Below, one piece after another: positions 42,014-51,325 of a stretch of DNA of 64,000 bases. The DNA is from Polyangiaceae bacterium (GTDB lineage Bacteria; Myxococcota_A; Polyangia; Polyangiales; Polyangiaceae): assembly GCA_044376115.1 (NCBI GenBank), contig JBILLK010000004.1, positions 224,001 through 288,000 on the forward strand, in the 5' to 3' direction. The notes below the pieces were generated by a model, which saw nothing but the letters and a program-made list of their open reading frames with translations, ran no database searches and was not told where the DNA came from. Position 1 is the first letter of the stretch, and each line of letters starts with the position of its first letter. The position numbers were made by a program, and so were the translations under genes.

Positions 42014-42148
42014 AATGACTCATGCCAAAGTCGAAGCCTTCGGCGGAATGACTCATACCAAGTCGAACGATCAACGGTGCCTTCGGCTGTCCTTTGTCAA
42101 GAGGGCTGAGTCATTCTTGTTGCCGCATCCACCTTTGGCGGAGTCCTC
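42014..42148. repeat. intergenic repeat cluster / structured element, copy 1
   Basis: AATGACTCATGCCAAAGTCGAA (42014) and AATGACTCATACCAAGTCGAA (42047), inverted TGAGTCATT (42107); 42094-42123 matches 56691-56720 at 26/30. Confidence 0.75.
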
Positions 42149-42172
42149 AAAACCACGGTTGATGCGAAGCGC

Positions 42173-43084
42173 TCACTCAGGCTTTGCGGTGAAGTGAAAC
42201 CAGTCTTCTGGATTCTCTCTCACAAACGTGGCGATGTGCTTCGCGATCGCTCGTGCCGCTGAAGTGAGTTCTACGGGACTGGGACGTCGAGGCACTTGCA
42301 CAGGTTCGCTCACCTGAACGCGATACTCCAAGAAGCCCACTCTCTTGCCCAGAACCACGACGATCGGAGCTCCTGAGAGAGCCGCCAGCAAGAGTGGCCC
42401 TTCCGGTAGTTCCATCTTGATCTCTGGCTCGCCTTCTGAAGCAACATTCGCTTGCAGCCCGCGTTGGCCCTCCGGCACGCGATCCATTTGCAGCGCGACA
42501 ATGCCTCCCTTGCGAAGGTGGGCGAGCAGGGGCACGGCGGCGAGTGGATCATCGCCCAACAGAACGACCCGCAAACCGAGCCGCTCTCTTGCTTCCGCCT
42601 GAATGCGCTCGGCGCTCTGGTCACGTTCACGACGCATTACCACCAGCACTTCATCGGTGTAGACCGAGCCGAGCAGCGGTCCCGCGGCGTACCAACCACT
42701 GGTGTGCGCGGTTGCGACGATCACCCCGCGACCTGCTGCGCGCGCGGCCTGATAGTGCTCGTCGCCAACGATGGTGCCGGCGAGTTTGTCGTTGCGACCG
42801 CTCGCTGCGGCGAATGCCTCGGTCAGCGCCGAGGCGTAGTTGGCGAACAGCGAGTAGACGCCGGTTGGCGAGAGCGGTGCGCCCAGACGCAGCAGCTCCT
42901 TCTCGACGTTCTTTCGGATGCCGGGCATCAGCACGGCGCAGAGCACACCAAAAAACGGGGGGCTGTAGCGGACGAAGCTGGTTGGGCCGGCGCTCGCGCC
43001 TGCGCGCAACGCGCGCCGCCAGAACTCCGAATCCCGCCGCAGATCAGGGAGCTGCTGGCGAACACGATCGACCAGGGAGCTCAC
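42173..43084 (-). CDS. lysophospholipid/lipid A acyltransferase family protein
   Basis: GRGVIVATAHTSGW, LRKGGIVALQMD, GP..LA..SGAPIV, RENPEDW. Confidence 0.85.
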   Translation of the reverse strand: MSSLVDRVRQQLPDLRRDSEFWRRALRAGASAGPTSFVRYSPPFFGVLCAVLMPGIRKNVEKELLRLGAPLSPTGVYSLFANYASALTEAFAAASGRNDKLAGTIVGDEHYQAARAAGRGVIVATAHTSGWYAAGPLLGSVYTDEVLVVMRRERDQSAERIQAEARERLGLRVVLLGDDPLAAVPLLAHLRKGGIVALQMDRVPEGQRGLQANVASEGEPEIKMELPEGPLLLAALSGAPIVVVLGKRVGFLEYRVQVSEPVQVPRRPSPVELTSAARAIAKHIATFVRENPEDWFHFTAKPE

Positions 43085-44031
43085 GACTCTCGCCTCTGAA
43101 GCACCCGCTGAGCCGACCGTGCGAGGCCGTCTGCGCCGGCACGCCGCAACGGACTTCCCTTCGTCTTCGCGATGAACATTTCCTCATCGCCGGAGGCCAG
43201 CTGCTCGAGCGTGGTTTCACCCCAGATGGGCAGCGGACGAAACGGCTTTGGATCGTTCGTGCGGTTCACGGGCGCTCGATTGTAGGGGCAGACGGTTTGA
43301 CAATCGTCACAACCGAACAAGTGCTCGCCGATCTCCAAGCTCGTCTCAGTGAGCGGCGCTTCAATGGTCAGGTAAGCGATACACCTTCGTGGATCGAGCA
43401 CAAACGGCGCATCGAAGGCTTGCGTCGGGCACGCATCCAAACAGCGAGTGCACGACCCACAACGCTCCGCCATCGGGATGTCGGGAGGAAGCGCGAGGTT
43501 GGTAACGACCTCCGCAAGCAGCACCATGCTGCCCTGGCCCGGCACAATCAGCAGACCATTTTTGCCGACGAACCCAAGCCCCGCCCGCGCTGCCCACGCT
43601 CGTTCCAAGAGTGGCTCCTCATCGCAAAGAGGTCGTGCGCGCACGTCGTCGCCGAGCATGCGTACGAAGCGCGCAAGCGAGCGAACCTTCTTGCGCAAAT
43701 GGTTGTGGTAGTCCTGACCGCGCGCGTAACGGGCAACGAGTTTGGCGACGGCGGGGTCCGCGGCCTCATCCTCCGGGCTACGCTGGTAGCGCCGAGCCAG
43801 CGAAATGACCGTCTTGGCACCGTCGAGGATCAGCGGCGTATCCACGCGCTCGCGCGCGGCCGCAGAGTCCGCCAGGTAGTTCATCACGCCGTGCTTCCCG
43901 TCGGCGATGAACGCAAGGAAGCGCGCGTAGTCCTCGCTGAGGTGGTCATCCGCCTGCGCGAAGCCCACGGCATCGAAGCCGAGGGTTCGCGCGCGCTCTA
44001 TGATCTTGGTTTTGGCGTCGGCCGCCGTCAC
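43081..44031 (-). CDS. queG: epoxyqueuosine reductase
   Basis: LGFDAVG, ARYARGQDYH, ERAWAARAGLG..GKN, CGSCTRCLDACPT, FGCDDCQTVCP; GTGA-coupled start. Confidence 0.95.
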   Translation of the reverse strand: MTAADAKTKIIERARTLGFDAVGFAQADDHLSEDYARFLAFIADGKHGVMNYLADSAAARERVDTPLILDGAKTVISLARRYQRSPEDEAADPAVAKLVARYARGQDYHNHLRKKVRSLARFVRMLGDDVRARPLCDEEPLLERAWAARAGLGFVGKNGLLIVPGQGSMVLLAEVVTNLALPPDIPMAERCGSCTRCLDACPTQAFDAPFVLDPRRCIAYLTIEAPLTETSLEIGEHLFGCDDCQTVCPYNRAPVNRTNDPKPFRPLPIWGETTLEQLASGDEEMFIAKTKGSPLRRAGADGLARSAQRVLQRRES

Positions 44032-45143
44032 GGAACTTGGTACGGACGCAGCCCCTTGAAGGTCACCGAGGTGACCGTATTCGGGTAGACCCAAACGCGG
44101 TGCTGACCAAGCGTGACGAACTCGCCGTTGACCAAGCCACCAGCTGCGACCGTAACGGGCCCCTCTTCGAGATCGAAGGCGGCGTAGAGACCAAGTTGGC
44201 TCGTCCCCCGAGCCGAATTGTCCGGGACAGGATTGGACTCGTTGCTCCCAAAGTAGTTGAACGCCCGGTAGAACTTGTCGACGCTGACAACGGCGTCGGT
44301 CAGCCGCACATCTCCACAGTCGTGAACCTCACCGGCGATCACGCCGTTGCCCGCCGTGATCTGCGTTCCCAGGGACGAAACCTGGGGGATGACGGTGTAA
44401 TCGTCTTCAGCAAGGGCACGCACGTCGCTGGTCCAGGAGCCGTCGACCACCTCGTCGTTGGGAATGTAGATGTTGTATTGAACCAGTGGCGCCCAGCGAG
44501 TGACACCGCTCGGGTTCTCGGTGCGGATCGCGAGTTCGGTCTCGCTGGGGACGCCCGGGTATTCGAATGGGCACTCCCAGCGCGCATCGCAATTGTCTGC
44601 TTCGCTCAGCTCGCCGATGTCGGTGCAATCGGCCGCCGTCACGACCGAGCTGCCCACAGCCTCTCCGAGCTGCCCGTCGGCTTGAACCCGGTGGACGGTG
44701 ATCTTCAGCTCTTTCGAGTTGCAGCCGCTGGAGAAGATGCGGGCGAAGCCCTTCATGGTCACATCCTGCGGAGCGCCCGGCTTGGCTGGATAGTTGGCGG
44801 CCTCGAAGCACGCCACGTCCGGCGGACCACTTCCGGCGAACTCCAACACGCCCGCACTCCTCGAAAGCTCTTCCGGTGGCTCAGCGAGCGCAACGCCGCA
44901 CACTTGGTTTGTCTTTCCGGTGCCTTCAATCAGCCCGCAGTCCAGCTCTCCGGGTGTGGCTTCGCAGAACTCCGAATTCTTCGCCACGGTGAGATTATCC
45001 GGGCATCCACCGCTGTTCCCGCCGGAACCTCCACCGCCGGTCGACGTCGACGAGCTGCTATCTCCGCACGCTGCGAGAGCGAGCGTTGCGAGTGAAGCGA
45101 GAACTAGGTTCTTGGGGACGGCGAAGAGGAAGGCGCGACTCAT
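44028..45143 (-). CDS. hypothetical lipoprotein (Cys-containing, beta-rich)
   Basis: Lipobox LAAC followed by a Ser/Gly linker; strong codon bias; the ORF-track extension runs through the tRNA and is rejected. Confidence 0.8.
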   Translation of the reverse strand: MSRAFLFAVPKNLVLASLATLALAACGDSSSSTSTGGGGSGGNSGGCPDNLTVAKNSEFCEATPGELDCGLIEGTGKTNQVCGVALAEPPEELSRSAGVLEFAGSGPPDVACFEAANYPAKPGAPQDVTMKGFARIFSSGCNSKELKITVHRVQADGQLGEAVGSSVVTAADCTDIGELSEADNCDARWECPFEYPGVPSETELAIRTENPSGVTRWAPLVQYNIYIPNDEVVDGSWTSDVRALAEDDYTVIPQVSSLGTQITAGNGVIAGEVHDCGDVRLTDAVVSVDKFYRAFNYFGSNESNPVPDNSARGTSQLGLYAAFDLEEGPVTVAAGGLVNGEFVTLGQHRVWVYPNTVTSVTFKGLRPYQVP

Positions 45144-45303
45144 TGGCGGACGATTACAGAGCAGACCGTGGCCGACAAGGGCGAACGCGCGTGCCCATCG
45201 CGGATGCGAAACCCCGGTGGACGCGAAACCAGCGACGGAGCGCGTACCTGCGAGAAACGCGACCCACAAAAGCACAACCGGTCCTCGAAAACTCGAGAAC
45301 CGG

Positions 45304-45380
45304 TGGTGCCGAGGGAGGGAATCGAACCCCCGACCCGGCGCGTATGAAACGCCTGCTCTAGCCGACTGAGCTACCTCGGC
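45304..45380 (-). tRNA. tRNA-Met(CAT), elongator type, CCA encoded
   Basis: GCCGAGG/CCTCGGC acceptor stem, loop TTCATAC, GGTTCGATTCC, ACCA end; G1-C72 paired and no GGG/CCC run, so not initiator. Confidence 0.93.
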
Positions 45381-45408
45381 GGGACGCTTGGAAGCGACAC
45401 GGCGGCGC

Positions 45409-45437
45409 ACTATGAAGATCTCGCTTCACCTTGTCAA
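45409..45437 (-). promoter_or_regulatory. sigma70-type promoter of tRNA-Met
   Basis: Minus strand TTGACA-N17-CATAGT. Confidence 0.7.
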
Positions 45438-45493
45438 CGACGCATTGGGCGATCTGCGATGAGACCCTTCGAGAACGGCGACCGCCGATAGCC

Positions 45494-46039
45494 ATGAGCA
45501 AACAACAAGCACCGGACAAGGCGACCCGCCTGGTCGAGATTGGCCGCATCACCAAAGCCCACGGCATCCGCGGGGAGGTGCGCGTAGTCCTCCACAACGC
45601 CGAAAGCACCTTGGTCGGTGAAGGCAGAAAGCTCATCGTTCGCCCTGCGCCGACGATCCCCGTGCAAGCGGATCGCACGCTGCGGGTATTGCGCGTCCGT
45701 GAGGCCCCTGGCGCGCTGATCGTCGCCTTCTCCGAGGTGTCCGACCGCGATCAAGCTGAGGCGCTGCACGGCAGCGGCGTGCTGCTCCGACGCGATGAGT
45801 TTCCGCCGCTCGACGAAGGGGAATTTTACGCCTGCGACGTCGAAGGAGCCGAGGTCTTCGGTCCCGACGGGGAGAAAGTGGGCACCACGTTAGCGCTCGT
45901 CGATTACCCGACGTGCTCGGTCTTGCGCGTGCAGAAGCTCGATCAATCGATCGTGGAGTACCCGCTGGTCGAGGCCGTCATTGGCTCGGTCGACGTGGCA
46001 GCGGGTCGAGTTACCTTGCTCGACGCGGAAGGGCTCTGA
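45494..46039 (+). CDS. rimM: 16S rRNA processing protein RimM
   Basis: IGRITKAHGIRGEV, DRDQAEAL.G, LDEGEFY..D..G; adjacent to trmD. Confidence 0.95.
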   Translation: MSKQQAPDKATRLVEIGRITKAHGIRGEVRVVLHNAESTLVGEGRKLIVRPAPTIPVQADRTLRVLRVREAPGALIVAFSEVSDRDQAEALHGSGVLLRRDEFPPLDEGEFYACDVEGAEVFGPDGEKVGTTLALVDYPTCSVLRVQKLDQSIVEYPLVEAVIGSVDVAAGRVTLLDAEGL

Positions 46040-46042
46040 GCG

Positions 46043-46753
46043 TTGATCATCTCGGTCATCACGTTGTTTCCAGAGCTCTTCACCACCTTCGCTGAGACCA
46101 GCATGGTCGGGCGCGGGCGCGAGAACGGAGCGCTCGAGCTTGTGTGTTACCAACTTCGCGAACACGGGCTGGGCAAACATCGGAACGTCGACGACACGCC
46201 GTATGGCGGTGGCAGTGGCATGGTGCTGCGGGTGGAGCCGATCGTGGCGGCGCTCGAAGCGGTGGACTCGGCCGCGCTCGAGGCTGGCAAGCCCAAAGCA
46301 CGAAGGATCCTGCTCACGCCGCAGGCGCCAAGGCTCGAGCAAGCTTGCGTGCGGCGTTTGGCGGGTGAGCCTCACCTCGCGCTCGTATGCGGCCGTTATG
46401 AGGGCTTCGACGAACGGGTGCGCAGCTTCATCGATGAGGAGGTATCGCTTGGAGACTTCGTCATGACTGGTGGCGAAGTCGCGGCGATGGCCCTGATCGA
46501 GGCCACGGTGCGGCTGCTTCCGAACGTGCTCGGCAATGAAGGCTCTGCAGCCAGCGAGTCGTTCAGTGATGAGCTCGAAGGCGGGCTCGAATACCCGCAT
46601 TACACACGTCCTGCCGAGTTTCGTGGCCTCTCGGTGCCGGCTGTGCTCGCCTCGGGCGATCACAGCAAGATCGCCGCGTGGCGACGCGAGCAATCGCGCA
46701 CTCGAACAAAAGACGGCCGGCCCGACCTCCTGCACCGCGACAAGACCCAATGA
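46043..46753 (+). CDS. trmD: tRNA (guanine37-N1)-methyltransferase
   Basis: ITLFPE, VDDTPYGGGSGM, CGRYEGFDER, SLGDFVMTGGE, LEYPHYTRP. Confidence 0.98.
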   Translation: MIISVITLFPELFTTFAETSMVGRGRENGALELVCYQLREHGLGKHRNVDDTPYGGGSGMVLRVEPIVAALEAVDSAALEAGKPKARRILLTPQAPRLEQACVRRLAGEPHLALVCGRYEGFDERVRSFIDEEVSLGDFVMTGGEVAAMALIEATVRLLPNVLGNEGSAASESFSDELEGGLEYPHYTRPAEFRGLSVPAVLASGDHSKIAAWRREQSRTRTKDGRPDLLHRDKTQ

Positions 46754-47313
46754 CCGACGTAAGCATCGTACTCCTGCATCACCCTGTCCTCGATCGCGAC
46801 GCCGAGGTGGTTACGACCGCGATCACCAACCTGGATGTGCACGACATCTCGCGCAGCGCACGCGCCTACGGCTGTCATTCCTTCTTCGTCGTCCATCCGG
46901 TGCACGCACAACGCGAGCTGTGCGACCGCATTCGTGAACATTGGGTGACCGGATCGGGGAAGCGACGCATCCCGGATCGCGCGCACGCGATTGAACTGGT
47001 TCGCACCGTCCCCAGCTTTGGCGACGTGATTGAGCAGCTCGGCGGGCGCGAACGGGTTCGTGTGTGGGCGACAGCCGCACAGTCGCGCGGACGCAGCATC
47101 ACCACCTTCGCCGACGCGCGAACCGCCGTGACCGAGGACGACCGACACCTCGTGATTCTGCTCGGCACCGGCTGGGGTCTCGCACCGCAATGCCTCGACG
47201 ACGCCGACCGTTTGATCGAGCCCATCGTGTCGGGCCGAGGGGACGGTTGGAATCACCTTTCGGTGCGGGCAGCATGTGCGATCGTCCTGGACCGGCTGCT
47301 CGGTCCGCGCTGA
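46750..47313 (+). CDS. SPOUT RNA methyltransferase (TrmD-associated family)
   Basis: LLHHPV, TNLDVHDISRS, LGTGWGL, NHLSVRAA; ATGA-coupled to trmD. Confidence 0.9.
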   Translation: MTDVSIVLLHHPVLDRDAEVVTTAITNLDVHDISRSARAYGCHSFFVVHPVHAQRELCDRIREHWVTGSGKRRIPDRAHAIELVRTVPSFGDVIEQLGGRERVRVWATAAQSRGRSITTFADARTAVTEDDRHLVILLGTGWGLAPQCLDDADRLIEPIVSGRGDGWNHLSVRAACAIVLDRLLGPR

Positions 47314-47324
47314 TTGCTCGCTGA

Positions 47325-48722
47325 TTAGTCGGTTGGGCCGCTCTTCGGCTGTTTGGGTCGCACGGCGGGATTCACCGCCGAAAACGTCAGCGCGATGGTT
47401 AGCCGCGGACGAAGTTGGAGCGGTAGCGGCCCGTAGGGCGCGGCTTGCAGCACGGCACGTCGCACGTTCTCGTCGAACTCCGGGACGGTGCTGGCACGAG
47501 AGACGCGGGCCGAGCTAACTGAGCCGTCCACCTCGATCACCACCGTCACGATCGCTAGCCCGCTCTTGCCCTCGATGATGGCCGCCTTCGGAAAGGCGTC
47601 CGCCCAGAAGGGGTGGACCTTGCTTTGAACCGCGCGGACGTACGTAAGCTGCTCGACGTCACCTGCACCAACACCGCCCTTGCCGAGCGGCGTTGCCGAT
47701 TGCCCCGCCCCGCGTTCGCCGCCCGCACCAACAGCGCCTTTGGCGTTCTCGCCGCCGCGACCGACTCCCTTTGCACCACCCGCCGTGCTGGCGTGAAGCA
47801 ACGACGCCAGATTGGCTGCATCCGCCTGCTCCGATTCGATCGTGTCGCCCGCGCGCCCCTCATCGACCGAGGCAACCGACGGATCGGATAGGGCCGCAGC
47901 CGGTCTGGCTCGCGCATTATCGAAGGCGGTCGACGCGGCGCCACGCCGCGCGCGGCCGGGCAGGCCGAGCCCTGGAGACGCCTGCGTGGCCCCTTGTACG
48001 GCGGCGCCAGTGGAGCGGGTCATCTCGGTCGTGCCCGGGGTTCGCGTCGCCCCCAAGTCTGCCCCCAACGCGTTGCGAGCCTGCGAGGTGAGCACGCCGC
48101 TGGCAGGGTCGAAGCGCGCTTCGGGCCCGCGTTGTTCGCGCGAGCCAGAGTCCCCCATGGCCACGAAGGTGAGCTCCATCGGTTCGCGCGAGGCGCGGAA
48201 GTTCTCCCAGGAACGCCGAAGCCTCGCGGTGCGCAGACGATTGTGCTGACTCTGCGTGAGGCTCGTCATGGTGTTCGGCACGCGACTCAGCTTGTCGTCT
48301 TGATCCGCCAAGTTGATGGCGGCCTCCTGCGAGAGGCCATCCCCTCCCCGCCCCGACTTCCCCTGGTCGAGCCGCGCAACGGTGGCGCCAGCGCCTGCGA
48401 CCGCCGTTGGCGTCGAGGTGGCTGCGCTTCGCGCGGTCGCCGTGCCCATTGCTGGAGCAAGCTCAATCACAGTTAGGCTGCTCTCAGGCTGAGGCACCGA
48501 GGCGGGGTGCATCTGCAACCCCACCTGTCGCTCCCCGCTTCCCAGGTGAATGACGAGCAGCACGCCAAAGCCAATCACGAGATGACTAGCAACGCTGAGC
48601 AGCGATGCTGTCGTCAAGTCAAGCGATGGCCGAGCCGAGGAAGCCACTCGATATTCTGGACCGCTTTGCGGGTGCTGACAACGTGCCCTGTTGAGAACAA
48701 TTGAGACCGCGCGCAGCCACAA
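47325..48722 (-). CDS. TonB/TolA C-terminal domain protein
   Basis: N-terminal TM with SxxxH (SVASHL), Ala/Gly-rich linker, C-terminal VI..DGSV...SRAS..FD...RAV..AAP; true start probably internal to the ORF. Confidence 0.75.
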   Translation of the reverse strand: MWLRAVSIVLNRARCQHPQSGPEYRVASSARPSLDLTTASLLSVASHLVIGFGVLLVIHLGSGERQVGLQMHPASVPQPESSLTVIELAPAMGTATARSAATSTPTAVAGAGATVARLDQGKSGRGGDGLSQEAAINLADQDDKLSRVPNTMTSLTQSQHNRLRTARLRRSWENFRASREPMELTFVAMGDSGSREQRGPEARFDPASGVLTSQARNALGADLGATRTPGTTEMTRSTGAAVQGATQASPGLGLPGRARRGAASTAFDNARARPAAALSDPSVASVDEGRAGDTIESEQADAANLASLLHASTAGGAKGVGRGGENAKGAVGAGGERGAGQSATPLGKGGVGAGDVEQLTYVRAVQSKVHPFWADAFPKAAIIEGKSGLAIVTVVIEVDGSVSSARVSRASTVPEFDENVRRAVLQAAPYGPLPLQLRPRLTIALTFSAVNPAVRPKQPKSGPTD

Positions 48723-48739
48723 CCGTCTACATCTGGGCC

Positions 48740-51277
48740 ATGCGCTTCCCCGCGGTCACGATCACGAGCTTGGTTTTGCTGCTGTCAGCCTCGGCAAACG
48801 CTGCACCCTCGACGCATCGGCCAGGCGCTCTGCGTGTCGCTGAAGCCTCGGGACGCGGACTCGCCGCTCATCGAGACGTACCGCTCGTCCTCACGCTCAA
48901 GCAGGCTCCTTCCCCGACGATCGTGGCGCAGCTGCAGGCGCTTGGAGCGACCCTCGTGGAGCCGTTCGAGTCTGGCTCGATCTCAAACCGGATCGCGCAG
49001 CGCACGCGAACGCTGTCGGTGACGGTTGCCCGCAGCGAGCTGCAACAGCTGCTCGCCTCACCGTTGATCGAGCGCGTCGCATTCGATGGTCATCCATTCA
49101 AAGCGCCGCGACCGCTCAACCACACGCAAGAGCTGATCTCGGCCGATGACGTTCACCGCACCCTTGGTAGCAGCGGGCTTCCCCTAACCGGAAAAGGCAT
49201 CACCATCTGCGACAGCGATTCGGGAGTGGACGTGTTGCACCCCATGTTCTTTCGCCCGGACCTCGGCTTCTTCGATTTCAGTGACGAGAACGACAACGGC
49301 TTCTTCGATCCTGCGGTGGATAGCATCCGCTGGAACGGCGCAGACGTCGTGCTGCGTTCACTCAATGGCGTGGTGATCGATCGTGGCTCGGGGGAACCGC
49401 TGTTCGGCAGCGAAGGCACTGCCATCGACTTTGCGTACGACTATGTGTACGCCGATCTCAACGGGGACGGAGTCCGCAACGCCGGGATCGAGGCCGGTTT
49501 CACCGAGGCGACGCCAACCTACGGAGAACCGCTGTTCATCGCCGATGACGTCGACGGAGACGGTGAACTTCAGCGCGGCGAGCGCTTGGTCGCGTTGGGC
49601 AGTTCGAAGATCAAAGCCTTCCGTTACGACGGCGAAACCTATGAACGCGGAAAGAACCTGATCGAGGCCCCGTGGGACGACGAGATGCAACACGGGACCG
49701 GCGCCTCGGGGGTGCTGCTCGGTGGGCAGCTCGGCTTTGGCCGGTTGGTCGGCATGGCGCCCGACGCGGAGCTGGTGATGGCGGCGGAGCGCGGCGGCGG
49801 ACGCGAGTATGCGATGACCAACTTCTGTATCAACCGTGGCTCACGCGTGGTTCTGCATGAGTACGCGCCGTGGCAGGGTTATCACCTGGATGGATCGAGC
49901 GAACTCGAGCAGTTGATCGACGAGTCCTCGTTGGAGGGCGTGGTTCACATCAACCCTGCCGGCAATTTGTCGACCTCGCAGAAGCTGATGCGCCGCACGC
50001 TCGATGCCTCGGGCACCACCAGCTTGCCCATCGTCGTACCGGCAATCAACGCAACCTTCTTCGGAACGACGCTGTTATGGCTCGACGCTTCCCGCGATCT
50101 CAGCTTCCGCATCGAGTCACCAAGCGGAGCTGCTCTGGACATCGGAACCGGGCAAAACATCGTGCAAAGCTCGCTGGACGGTAAAACGCTGTACGCCTAC
50201 CGCGAGGATTCGCCGCGCGGGACGGCAAAGCTCGACATCTACCTGTTCGACGAAAACGTACCAACGGCCGTCGAGCCGGGAGACTGGCGAGTGATCGTGA
50301 GCGACACCTCGGGACAAGCGCCGATCGAGCTCATTGGCAGCGTCCAAGATGAGGTCAGCGGCTGGGGCTTGGGCGCACACTTCACCGAGCACGTAACCGA
50401 AGACCACTTGGTCGGCTGGCCTGGGACCGCCGATCGAGGTCTCGCGGTGTCGGCTTACGTTGGGCACGGCGACTTCCCCTATGCAGCGGGCGAAGAGGGA
50501 GCCCGGGCCTACTATTCGGGACGAGGCCACCGCATCGATGGGGTGCCGCTGATGTGGATCTCGGCCCCCGACAACCCGATTGTTCCGGCGCGCTTCAGCG
50601 ACCAAGAGCTCGGCTACCTGATCTACGGCGGTACGTCAGGCGCGAGTCCGCACGTCGCTGGGTCAGCCGCTTTGATGTTGGAGAATGATCCAGCGTTGGA
50701 CGGCGACGGCGTCAAGGCGCTGATCAAAGCCGGGGCCTTCGTTGACGCCTTCACCGGCGCGGTCCCGAATGACGACTTCGGCTGGGGCAAGCTCGATACC
50801 TACAGGTCAATCTTTGGTCGGTCGGCCCCCGAGGGCACAGCCCCTGAGCTCACGCCTCTCGACGTCACCGTCGAGGTTGGTACGAGTTCCATTCCGTTGA
50901 CGGTGACCGACAAGGAGGACGCTATCGAGTCACTGCGCCTCGATGCCGACCTCGACTACGATGGCGTGTTCGATCAAGAGCTTGCATCTTCGGCGACCCC
51001 CGAGCTGGAACTCAACTTCAGCGAGCCTGGGTCGCACGTGATCAAGCTGCGAGCCAGCGACGTCACCGGACGCAGCGGGCAAGCGTTGCTTCGAGTCTCG
51101 GTTGTCGAGCCCGAGCCCGAGCCTGAGCCGGAACCTGAGAACGAGTTCGACCCCGCGTTCTACCCGGCAGGTGGTTGCGGAGTTACGAGCTCGGGAGGTT
51201 CACCGAGCGGGCTGTTCGTGGCTGGCCTCGCGCTCGCGGTTGCTCTTGGCGCCGCACGCCGCCGATCAAGATCATGA
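48740..51277 (+). CDS. S8 subtilase with MYXO-CTERM-like sorting tail
   Basis: Signal peptide; DSGVD, HGTG, GTSGASPHVAG triad; PE linker; GGC..hydrophobic..RRR tail. Confidence 0.92.
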   Translation: MRFPAVTITSLVLLLSASANAAPSTHRPGALRVAEASGRGLAAHRDVPLVLTLKQAPSPTIVAQLQALGATLVEPFESGSISNRIAQRTRTLSVTVARSELQQLLASPLIERVAFDGHPFKAPRPLNHTQELISADDVHRTLGSSGLPLTGKGITICDSDSGVDVLHPMFFRPDLGFFDFSDENDNGFFDPAVDSIRWNGADVVLRSLNGVVIDRGSGEPLFGSEGTAIDFAYDYVYADLNGDGVRNAGIEAGFTEATPTYGEPLFIADDVDGDGELQRGERLVALGSSKIKAFRYDGETYERGKNLIEAPWDDEMQHGTGASGVLLGGQLGFGRLVGMAPDAELVMAAERGGGREYAMTNFCINRGSRVVLHEYAPWQGYHLDGSSELEQLIDESSLEGVVHINPAGNLSTSQKLMRRTLDASGTTSLPIVVPAINATFFGTTLLWLDASRDLSFRIESPSGAALDIGTGQNIVQSSLDGKTLYAYREDSPRGTAKLDIYLFDENVPTAVEPGDWRVIVSDTSGQAPIELIGSVQDEVSGWGLGAHFTEHVTEDHLVGWPGTADRGLAVSAYVGHGDFPYAAGEEGARAYYSGRGHRIDGVPLMWISAPDNPIVPARFSDQELGYLIYGGTSGASPHVAGSAALMLENDPALDGDGVKALIKAGAFVDAFTGAVPNDDFGWGKLDTYRSIFGRSAPEGTAPELTPLDVTVEVGTSSIPLTVTDKEDAIESLRLDADLDYDGVFDQELASSATPELELNFSEPGSHVIKLRASDVTGRSGQALLRVSVVEPEPEPEPEPENEFDPAFYPAGGCGVTSSGGSPSGLFVAGLALAVALGAARRRSRS

Positions 51278-51325
51278 CGCCGCCGCCAGCTCGAGGGCGC
51301 TGCGCCAGCGCCCGGGCTGGCAGCC

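Noticed and set aside
45144..45410. N-terminal extension of the 460-aa ORF
   Set aside because: Runs through tRNA-Met; the lipoprotein signal begins at 45143
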